Shown piece by piece: positions 1-7,209 of a stretch of DNA of 12,998 bases (position 1 is its first letter; each line of letters begins with the position of its first letter). Below the pieces are notes generated by a model that worked only from the letters and a program-made list of their open reading frames with translations, was not told the DNA's origin and made no database searches. The stretch is from Candidatus Thorarchaeota archaeon. Its GTDB lineage: Archaea; Asgardarchaeota; Thorarchaeia; Thorarchaeales; Thorarchaeaceae. The DNA is taken from positions 1,381,747 through 1,394,744 of the forward strand of contig CP070761.1 in assembly GCA_020348985.1 (NCBI GenBank), in the 5' to 3' direction. The position numbers and the translations under genes were made by a program.

Positions 1-2
1 GG

Positions 3-50
3 GACGACATTGTTCTATACGTAATGCCAAAAGATGTGCCACTCACGTGA
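3..50 (+). CDS. Possible 3' end of a gene entering the window (…DDIVLYVMPKDVPLT*)
   Basis: Frame 3 is open from the window edge to TGA at 48-50 and is followed by ~310 nt of non-coding-looking DNA. Too short to identify. Confidence 0.3.
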   Translation, partial: DDIVLYVMPKDVPLT

Positions 51-306
51 ATGCAAACCTTTCTTTCCGCTTCATTCGTCGGGTTTGCGATAATGAGATA
101 CGTCCTACTGTTTTGGGTGCACCCGCTGATACAGAGAGCAACACAAGCGGCCGCCTTAGATTCTGGGGTCGCTCTTCGGAAAAAATGACTAGACCACGAT
201 TTCTAGATCAAATGACTACTTCTGTCTAAAGAGAAACAGATGTAGCTCTTGTCTTCAAAGATGTAAGGGACTTCTCATGAGTGATTCAACTCTTGAGGGA
301 CGAGTA

Positions 307-331
307 GAGAAGTTTTATGGTGACTAGTCAC
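307..331 (+). promoter_or_regulatory. Putative BRE/TATA (GAGAAG-TTTTAT, 307-318) followed by a perfect 12-bp palindrome GTGACTAGTCAC (320-331), candidate operator
   Basis: Read directly; the palindrome ends 32 nt upstream of the Lrp-family start codon. Confidence 0.45.
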
Positions 332-363
332 TGAAAGAACTTGATGAATATCTATGAAATGAT

Positions 364-1323
364 GTGGAAGTGGCTATTTTGGACAGTCTGGATAGAGAGA
401 TATTCTACAGCCTCTACAAAAACTGTAGGACTCCCTACCAGGACATAGCAGACCAGACGGATGTAAGAGTATCTACAATATGGAAGAGGGCAGATCGACT
501 TTGCCGGCAAGACATCATTCTCCGCTTTGCAGTAGAACTTAATCCATTAGTAATTGATTCAGTAATGGCTCTCCTCGTAGTACGTTCAAAAGGAACAGTA
601 GATGAAACAAGATTGGCATCTATGATTGCTGAAGTTCCGTATGTTTTTTCGTCAGGAGAAATCAGAAACCGCGTATGCTACGTACTACTTGAAGCACCAA
701 CAGACGAGAAAGTGTCAAAATCGGCATCCAAGGTCATGTCACTTGATGGAATCGAGGATGTAGAGAACTATCCTCTATCTGGTCTTAGTGAGGACTATAT
801 GGATTGGTTACGTCCCTCTATTGAACAGCTCCAGATGAAAAAAATACACCACGAAGTTCTTGATTGCCTTCTAGTTAATCCACGTTCAACGGCTCAAAGG
901 ATTGCAGATGATTTAGGCAAGAATGCTCGGCGAGTTGTGAAAGCACTAAACGATCTTCTCGACTCTGGTGCTCTCTGGTTTACGGTAAGGTTTCATCCCA
1001 ATGTTAACAGAGGTCTGTCTGTCAATTACAAATTGATCTTGGATAAATCGAAGACAAACCAGATTGATCTGGTTTCTGCTCTCTTGCAGGAGTTTCCTAA
1101 ACACTACTTCTGGTCCTTCTATTGTCGTGATGAATCTATTCTCTTCTCATACTTCATGTTTGATTCTTTCAATTATGTCTCCAAGATTCAGGAGCAGCTG
1201 TTGGAGATTGACGGTATTCACTCTGCTGAGTCCACGATTTTGGGTTCAGCAATCAAGAGACCTCGCTATCGTGAGGTTCTACTGAGAGACATTGTAACTG
1301 AAAGGAAGAATACGTTACCATAA
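364..1323 (+). CDS. Tandem (duplicated) Lrp/AsnC-family winged-HTH transcriptional regulator
   Basis: Unit 1 LDSLDREIFYSLYKNCRTPYQDIADQTDVRVSTIWKRADRL…IILRFAVELNP; unit 2 IHHEVLDCLLVNPRSTAQRIADDLGKNARRVVKALNDLLDSG. Each is followed by a RAM-like domain; 319 aa is about two Lrp monomers. Confidence 0.85.
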   Translation: MEVAILDSLDREIFYSLYKNCRTPYQDIADQTDVRVSTIWKRADRLCRQDIILRFAVELNPLVIDSVMALLVVRSKGTVDETRLASMIAEVPYVFSSGEIRNRVCYVLLEAPTDEKVSKSASKVMSLDGIEDVENYPLSGLSEDYMDWLRPSIEQLQMKKIHHEVLDCLLVNPRSTAQRIADDLGKNARRVVKALNDLLDSGALWFTVRFHPNVNRGLSVNYKLILDKSKTNQIDLVSALLQEFPKHYFWSFYCRDESILFSYFMFDSFNYVSKIQEQLLEIDGIHSAESTILGSAIKRPRYREVLLRDIVTERKNTLP

Positions 1324-1331
1324 TCACCACA

Positions 1332-2672
1332 CTAGGGGGGTTTTTGCCTTATCACGGTTAATGCAGTTAATGATAGCAACGCCCAGAGTTTCTCATACCA
1401 GAATAGCATCAGGAGGTCTAGACTGAGTATTGCTAGAGCTTGCTCTGATGATCCGAATGTGTTAGTTGCGGACAATGATGTTTCAGTTTGATTGAATCGA
1501 AGTATGGACTCAATGATAACATCTGAGACAACATTGTCATAGAATGCTGGTGTGGCTCCCGAGAATTCGCCGGTCATAACTGCAACAAGGTTGTAATCTG
1601 GTACAACACAGATCTTCTGTCCTTCCATTCCCATTGCATAGTATACTGTCTTGTTGATGAAATTCTCCAACCAATGTGGCGTTCCAGTAGTTGTCCACCA
1701 TTGATATCCATATCCGCTGATTGAGCCCCTGCTCAAATGTGAGGTTGTCGATGTGTTCACCCAAGAAGCGGAGACTACTTCTTGATTATCCCAGGTTCCA
1801 TTGTTGAGCATGAGATATCCAAACCGAGCCATGTTTCTGGGGGTCATGAAGAGTCCCCCCTCAGCCGAGAAATAGGACACATTCTTCCAATAGTCTTTCC
1901 ACCAATAGAGTTCTCCGATACCGATTGGAGTGAACAAGTACTTTCGGGCAAATGCTAGGATGTTCATTCCTGATACAATCTCGATTATCTCTCCTAGCAG
2001 CATCGAGGCGCCAGAACAGTAAGCGAATTGAGTTCCTGGTTCTGTCGTCATCTCTCTATCAAGAATGAACTGAATCGAATCATCTGCATCATACATCTGG
2101 CTGGTTGGATTCAAGTCGGAATCATAGGGATATGTCCATTCTTCCCAATCCATTCCTGTTCTCATTGTCAACAGGTCTTCGAGCGTTATGTTCCTCTTTC
2201 TATCATCGAGATTTGCTATCTCTCTGTCAGGAAAGAAATCAACAACTCTCTGACTCAGGCTTGAGATTAATCCCTTATCCATTGCGATTCCAAATAATAC
2301 TGATGTGAAGCTTTTGGTGCATGAATAGATGCGATGAAAGACATTCCTTCCGTACCCAGACGGATATTCCTCGAATACGATGTATCCGTTTCTGATTACA
2401 ATCATTCCATCAAGTCTAGGATTTGATATTCCTAGTCTTGGAATGATAATACGACTGAGTGAACTTGCTTCTGAAAGAATTGATGAATTCATTCCCTGTG
2501 ACTCAGGAGTTGCGACACGCCACTCTTGTGTAGGCCAGTACTCGGGATAATCAGTGATATGATTCTGCAAGTGTTCTTCAGTTCTTGTCTCAGCTACTGC
2601 CATTATGTCACTCAAAAGTAGTGGCACAAACATCAAAACTAGCGTGACTGAAACTGCTTGCTTGAGATTCAA
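1332..2672 (-). CDS. Exported serine hydrolase of the beta-lactamase class C/PBP-like family (NylB-like) with a hydrophobic C-terminal tail
   Basis: S117-C-T-K120 (SxxK), LLTMRTG, PGTQFAY218-C-S, GGLFMTPRNMARFG, GYGYQWW, AMGMEGQ. N-terminal hydrophobic signal and seven N-x-S/T sequons. TTG start overlaps the upstream TGA. Confidence 0.88.
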   Translation of the reverse strand: MNLKQAVSVTLVLMFVPLLLSDIMAVAETRTEEHLQNHITDYPEYWPTQEWRVATPESQGMNSSILSEASSLSRIIIPRLGISNPRLDGMIVIRNGYIVFEEYPSGYGRNVFHRIYSCTKSFTSVLFGIAMDKGLISSLSQRVVDFFPDREIANLDDRKRNITLEDLLTMRTGMDWEEWTYPYDSDLNPTSQMYDADDSIQFILDREMTTEPGTQFAYCSGASMLLGEIIEIVSGMNILAFARKYLFTPIGIGELYWWKDYWKNVSYFSAEGGLFMTPRNMARFGYLMLNNGTWDNQEVVSASWVNTSTTSHLSRGSISGYGYQWWTTTGTPHWLENFINKTVYYAMGMEGQKICVVPDYNLVAVMTGEFSGATPAFYDNVVSDVIIESILRFNQTETSLSATNTFGSSEQALAILSLDLLMLFWYEKLWALLSLTALTVIRQKPP

Positions 2673-3730
2673 GTTTCCGACCTCCTACGAATCATAGTAA
2701 ATGCAACTAGAATAGAAACCGCTGAAATGGATCCAGTTACAACTATGATTAGGAAGTGCTCTTCTGTTGATGGCTCATCAATTGTGAAATTGTGACCGTT
2801 ATTGTATAGTTCAACAAGACTGCATTCAAGTTCCTCTCCATCTCCTAGGTTAGATGCAATTCCATTGACGTCTAGTCTCAAAACCTTGCTGTAGTCATGT
2901 CTGAAATAGAGGTATGCCTGTTGGTTGACAGGATCAAAAATGTAACTGACAGACTTGTTGGAGATATCCTCTATTCCCACAGCTTCCAAAACATCTCGTA
3001 TCACGAAATGATCCAAATCCACCTCAGAGCCTATTGCAGATAGCATTTCATTGGCAGTGTTATAACGTGGACATGGATACTCTCCATATCTGTTCTCTGG
3101 ATGTTGTAGATTGAAGTTGGTACACACAATATGATTATTGTCCTTGAAGGTGCAATGCAATTCTCCGTCTATCCCTGCACTGACAACAACAGCATCACCG
3201 AATCTATCAGCAAAGTGGATTTGATAGGGCATGCAATCACCGAAGATCTCTATGTTGCGACTCAGAACCCATTCAGTAGCTTCAGACACATTTGTGCAAT
3301 ATCGAAGTGGTAGAAGGTTGGACATCCACCATGCTTCTTTCTGAGGATCCGTACTAGTGGGCAAGAAAGGTAGTCCTACAAGTTCCATACACAGACCGTG
3401 TTGATTCATGCCTGTCTGATGAGAAGTTCCAGCAAGGTTTCCCCGCGCATCAATGGAGTACAATAGGATTCCCTGCTCCCAGATTCTGAATACAGGGGTT
3501 AGATCCTCAAACCTATTGGAATCCTCACTTTGAGCAAAAAAGACTTTGGAGCCAATTGAGATTGAGAAAGATGTGGAGAAATCTTGGAGATAGAACCCGG
3601 TATCATCTGAAACTGGTATTGTCAATCGGCCTGCATCTGAATCTCTAGGACCGATAGGTCCGACTCCTCTTGCTGACGTAAACAGCAAGAAAAGCAGGAG
3701 TGAAGCTAGGCATGTTACCCCAAATCGCAC
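2669..3730 (-). CDS. Exported, C-terminally anchored Ntn hydrolase (peptidase C45/choloylglycine hydrolase-like), Ser at the predicted nucleophile position
   Basis: S52-TSFSISIGSKVFFAQSED matches the CT…FGxNED N-terminal motif; also GMNQHGL, IHFADRFGDAVVV, VCTNF, CPRY. Signal peptide at the N-terminus; TM helix plus RRR at the C-terminus. Confidence 0.78.
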   Translation of the reverse strand: MRFGVTCLASLLLFLLFTSARGVGPIGPRDSDAGRLTIPVSDDTGFYLQDFSTSFSISIGSKVFFAQSEDSNRFEDLTPVFRIWEQGILLYSIDARGNLAGTSHQTGMNQHGLCMELVGLPFLPTSTDPQKEAWWMSNLLPLRYCTNVSEATEWVLSRNIEIFGDCMPYQIHFADRFGDAVVVSAGIDGELHCTFKDNNHIVCTNFNLQHPENRYGEYPCPRYNTANEMLSAIGSEVDLDHFVIRDVLEAVGIEDISNKSVSYIFDPVNQQAYLYFRHDYSKVLRLDVNGIASNLGDGEELECSLVELYNNGHNFTIDEPSTEEHFLIIVVTGSISAVSILVAFTMIRRRSET

Positions 3731-3779
3731 TACGTTCTATCTCCCTGAAGCACTATTGAGATTAAGTTCTGAAGATTGG

Positions 3780-3809
3780 TATTAAGGGGTGTTTTCCAAG
3801 CATGGAAAA
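3780..3809 (-). promoter_or_regulatory. Putative TATA (CTTAATA, 3786-3780) of the hydrolase pair with adjacent inverted repeat TTTTCCA-N4-TGGAAAA (3792-3809)
   Basis: Read directly; perfect 7-bp arms just upstream of the TATA, which is ~50 nt upstream of the GTG start. Confidence 0.4.
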
Positions 3810-4080
3810 GCAACTTGTCGAGCAACGACTGGATGACGCGCTCTAGAATAAATGAAGTTCTTTCAGGAGTATGCCAGCAATGAGTGAAAAGGAAGTTTGT
3901 CTGGCAGCCCCTTGTCTTGCTTCGCCAATCATTCCTGTGAAAGCGCAGAACCTTTTCTTTGCTTCAGATCCTTGCTTTTTGCTTACTCGTTCACACAAAC
4001 ATCCTGATTTTCGGACCTAACCTTGTTTTGGTGTGTCGAGATAGAACAAGAAACATGCCAGTCAGAATGTTCTGATTCTT

Positions 4081-4165
4081 GCCCGTCAAGGTTTGCCATT
4101 GTCCTAATAGCAATACTAAAAGGAGAAACGCGACGGGCCACCGTATCAGTGAGGGTGTCCCGTAG
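4081..4165 (+). promoter_or_regulatory. Candidate structured 5' leader of the eutA-like gene with alternative pairings
   Basis: ACGGG-C-CACC (4133-4142) pairs with GGTG-T-CCCGT (4154-4163), covering the SD-like GAGGGTG. GCCCGTC (4081-4087) is the exact complement of GACGGGC (4132-4138). Confidence 0.35.
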
Positions 4166-5608
4166 ATGTTTGTGAAAACCACCAGAAAGACACTCATGAG
4201 CGTCGGAGTCGACATTGGATCGTCAACATCGCACATTGTGTTCAGCGAACTGACCCTTGAGAAAGACACCACAAGTCGAACAGAGAAGTTTGAGATAACG
4301 GACCGGAAGATCCTATATTCGGGTCCAGTTCACTTGACTCCATTCAGTGACCCAAAGACCGTTGACTTGCATGCTCTTCGCGACCTAATCTTGCGAGACT
4401 ATGAAGCAGCAGGAATAGACATAACACAAGTTGACACAGGCGCCGTCATAATCACTGGAGAGACTGCGAAGAAAGAGAATGCCGAAGACATCGTCGTGCT
4501 GCTTGCCGGCGAGGCGGGGAAGTTCGTAGCTGCAACTGCTGGACCAAACTTCGAATCAGTTCTTGCAGCGTATGGCTCTGGTGCTGTGAATCGGTCAGCA
4601 GAGACCGGAGAAACGATAATGAATGTCGATGTCGGGGGCGGATCATCTAACATAGCTGTCTGCAAGGACGGCCGAATAGTGGCCACTTCTGCTATCAATG
4701 TAGGAGGTCGTCTGGTTGCCACCGACGAGGAAGGTGTTATTGTTCGACTCGAAGACACAGGAAAAAGAGTAGCGGCAGCACTCGGTGTGTCACTTGAAGT
4801 TGGAGAGATGCTTCCCAATTCAGCTAGAAAACCAATTGCTGATGCACTTGCTTCTGCTCTGGTTGAAGCCCTACAGGGTTCCGCGGAATCCGATCTCACA
4901 AAGATACTAATGATGACGGAACCGATAGAATTCCCAGGAACCATTGACAAGATAACCTTCTCAGGGGGAGTCGCGGAGTTTCTTTATGGGAAGGAGAAGT
5001 CTCGATTTGGAGACCTAGGTTCAGACCTTGCTGAGGCCATCTGCGAGAAACTCGACGAACTAGGCATACCGCTAAGTGAACCAGACCACCGAATTAGGGC
5101 AACAGTCATCGGGGCAGGACAGAGTAGCCTACAAGTGAGCGGCTCAACAACGTTCTTGTCATCCGGTCTTAAGTATCCGATTAGAAACCTGCCTGCAGTT
5201 GTTCCATACATCCCACAGCTCAAACCGACTGCAGATGATGTCAAGACCGCAATAGAGGCCGCCCTTGCTAGACATGACCTTGAGGAAAGCGTCGATCCAT
5301 TGATTCTTGCATTCAACGGAACAGTACGTCCCTCATATGAAAGTCTTACAGAGTTTGCTCGAGGAGTTGTTGCAGCTCTTCCGAAGTCTGCTGCTAAAGG
5401 AACTCCGATTTTCATGTGCTTCAGTGATGATGTGGGCAACAGTGTAGGAAACGTTATGCGACGAGAAACTGGAATCCAGAATGAAATCTGCTCGATTGAT
5501 GAAGTGACTCTCAGTGAGGGTGATTTTGTCGACATAGGAGAGCCGATCATAGAGGGCGTGGTAGTTCCTGTCGTTGTGAAGACTCTAGTCTTCGAAAACG
5601 GTTTGTGA
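4166..5608 (+). CDS. eutA: EutA-family ethanolamine ammonia-lyase reactivating factor-like protein (ASKHA ATPase)
   Basis: SVGVDIGSSTSH, DTGAVIITGETAKKENA, FVAATAGPNFESVLAAYGSGA, NVDVGGGSSN, NVGGRL, TFSGGVAE, IRATVIGAG…QVSGST, GDFVDIGEP…VVPVVVKTLVF; length typical of EutA. Confidence 0.92.
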   Translation: MFVKTTRKTLMSVGVDIGSSTSHIVFSELTLEKDTTSRTEKFEITDRKILYSGPVHLTPFSDPKTVDLHALRDLILRDYEAAGIDITQVDTGAVIITGETAKKENAEDIVVLLAGEAGKFVAATAGPNFESVLAAYGSGAVNRSAETGETIMNVDVGGGSSNIAVCKDGRIVATSAINVGGRLVATDEEGVIVRLEDTGKRVAAALGVSLEVGEMLPNSARKPIADALASALVEALQGSAESDLTKILMMTEPIEFPGTIDKITFSGGVAEFLYGKEKSRFGDLGSDLAEAICEKLDELGIPLSEPDHRIRATVIGAGQSSLQVSGSTTFLSSGLKYPIRNLPAVVPYIPQLKPTADDVKTAIEAALARHDLEESVDPLILAFNGTVRPSYESLTEFARGVVAALPKSAAKGTPIFMCFSDDVGNSVGNVMRRETGIQNEICSIDEVTLSEGDFVDIGEPIIEGVVVPVVVKTLVFENGL

Positions 5609-5618
5609 CTCTTTGGAA

Positions 5619-5777
5619 CTACAGATGGTCGTGGTCATGGTCACTCTCTCTGTGTGAGAGCCATTTGACTAGCAGGTAGATGACAATACACACAAAAAGC
5701 ACAACAGACGCAGAAGTTGGACTAAGAAATGTCTGACTCAAGATCAGCAAATACATTTGTAGTCCCACCAACATCAT
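5619..5777 (-). CDS. Unannotated 52-aa membrane microprotein with His/Asp-rich C-terminus (MMLVGLQMYLLILSQTFLSPTSASVVLFVCIVIYLLVKWLSHRESDHDHDHL)
   Basis: Manually translated. ATG at 5777 has GGTGA 6 nt upstream (5788-5784); TAG at 5621-5619. Strongly hydrophobic segment VVLFVCIVIYLLVKWL. Fills the gap between eutA and the 394-aa gene without overlap. Confidence 0.65.
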   Translation of the reverse strand: MMLVGLQMYLLILSQTFLSPTSASVVLFVCIVIYLLVKWLSHRESDHDHDHL

Positions 5778-5820
5778 CAAAATTCACCATTTCTGTGCAT
5801 CGATTCCTTTTAGGTATAGG

Positions 5821-7005
5821 TTATAGGGAAATTGAAGATTCATGGTCTTCTTCAGATCGCCCTCGTCTCAACCTGTTTCTCAGATGGGAGTACACTAAGT
5901 ATGCAAAAGGAACTTTCACATTTTCTTCAAAGACTATCTTCTCATCTCCACGAAGCTGACTTTCGTCGATTTCGAGAATTGGGTCTGCAGCAGCTGGATC
6001 TTGATATCTCATGACTATCAAACCAAGAATGAGAAGCGCAGGATTCGGAATCGCCAAAGAGATGTATGACAACGGAGCGACAACGAACAACTGCGGGAGC
6101 ACAGTGAGCAGAGTTGCCCACGCCAGCCCAAGAACTCCAGCACGAAGAACCGCACTGCGTTCACCCTCGCCGTAGTAGTATCTAAGCAGTCTTCTGGCGA
6201 ACACGAAATTGAAAGCAGCAACCGCAGCGGTAATGAGCATTGCCAAAGGAGGTAGGGCATACACTTGCAACATATTATTCTGATAATCCAAGTACATAGT
6301 AACTGATAGAAACCAAGTATAAGGGGGAATTGCGGCTAATTCGCCAATCTCGAAGTTGTAGAGGACTACTGCTGGCACTACTAGTGTCATCATAGCGACT
6401 ACTAGGCCTACAAGGCGGGCTTTCCGAACTCGCTTTTTCTGTGCCATCCGCAATTCAAACTCTCTTGAAGGAATCTGCGAGTACGCATTCCCGTATCTGT
6501 GAGTAATCTCACGATCAAACATCGGAAGTAAGACCATCGTGCAGAGGAATATCGTGGGTATGAGGTTCCACGGGTTCCCAAAGGGTCCCGTTAGACCCCA
6601 CGGTCCGTAATCTTCCCCTCCCCATTCCAGAATAAACGTCGGTACTTGGAACAGGTTCATCAGGCCCAAATAGATTGCTGCTGGAATCCAGGAGACTCTC
6701 AATGAACTCTCAGGGCGCGTCAAATGGATATAGAAGTGCAGCATGGGTAGTGCTGATACAACAAGAGCCACTAGAAGTCTGGCAAGAGTAAAATGGCCTA
6801 CTATCATCATGCGACTCTCTAATGGATAAATGGTGACAGTCGTAAACAGAGTCTCCAATGTTGAATCATTGGGCTGGAGGGCTAGGATTCCCCAAGGACT
6901 GGAGGTCAGAAAGGAGTAAGGGATGAACCCTGAGACCAGGACGACAGCCAGGCACTTCAGAAAGGCGCCTAAGTCAAACTCCAGCTCCACGACTCTCACA
7001 TCCAA
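5821..7005 (-). CDS. Polytopic membrane protein of unknown function
   Basis: About eight hydrophobic segments in two halves split by a basic linker (QKKRVRKAR); charged C-terminal tail with VKVPFAYLVYSHLRNR. TATA-like CTTTATTA 21-28 nt upstream. Start could be TTG 7005 or a nearby GTG. Confidence 0.8.
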   Translation of the reverse strand: MDVRVVELEFDLGAFLKCLAVVLVSGFIPYSFLTSSPWGILALQPNDSTLETLFTTVTIYPLESRMMIVGHFTLARLLVALVVSALPMLHFYIHLTRPESSLRVSWIPAAIYLGLMNLFQVPTFILEWGGEDYGPWGLTGPFGNPWNLIPTIFLCTMVLLPMFDREITHRYGNAYSQIPSREFELRMAQKKRVRKARLVGLVVAMMTLVVPAVVLYNFEIGELAAIPPYTWFLSVTMYLDYQNNMLQVYALPPLAMLITAAVAAFNFVFARRLLRYYYGEGERSAVLRAGVLGLAWATLLTVLPQLFVVAPLSYISLAIPNPALLILGLIVMRYQDPAAADPILEIDESQLRGDEKIVFEENVKVPFAYLVYSHLRNRLRRGRSEEDHESSISL

Positions 7006-7209
7006 TCAGCAGAGTGCCCTCTGACTAATAAAGATAGGTTCTTGTGCCTCTATTGTCGCGGAAAATCAATGTTTGCATGACTTCATCCAATCTTCAGATT
7101 TCGGCTGCAATTGCCAAAGGTAGAATCCGAATTTCAGATTACAGATGCCATTGAAGGTTTCCAGAACATTCTTTGGTTCGGATGCTCGTTACTTGTTGGG
7201 GTCAAGAAA

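Noticed and set aside
47-229. 60-aa ORF
   Set aside because: No recognisable motif or RBS; overlaps the candidate regulatory region.
3871-4020. 49-aa plus-strand ORF (MPAMSEKEVC…) and short minus-strand ORFs in the spacer
   Set aside because: No convincing start context or protein features; expected by chance in 435 bp.
4117-4165. Canonical cobalamin riboswitch
   Set aside because: Only two short segments resemble it; the core helices and B12 box are absent. Kept only as a generic structured-leader candidate.
4399-5550. 183-aa and 188-aa antisense ORFs
   Set aside because: Shadows of the eutA reading frame, Ser/Pro/Thr-rich with no motifs.
3768-7098. 12-bp match CCAATCTTCAGA (3779-3768 minus; 7087-7098 plus)
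   Set aside because: Several 12-mer matches are expected by chance in 13 kb on both strands.
7111-7209. 33-aa N-terminal extension of CorA
   Set aside because: Upstream of where CorA homology starts; probably promoter/UTR read through from a TTG.
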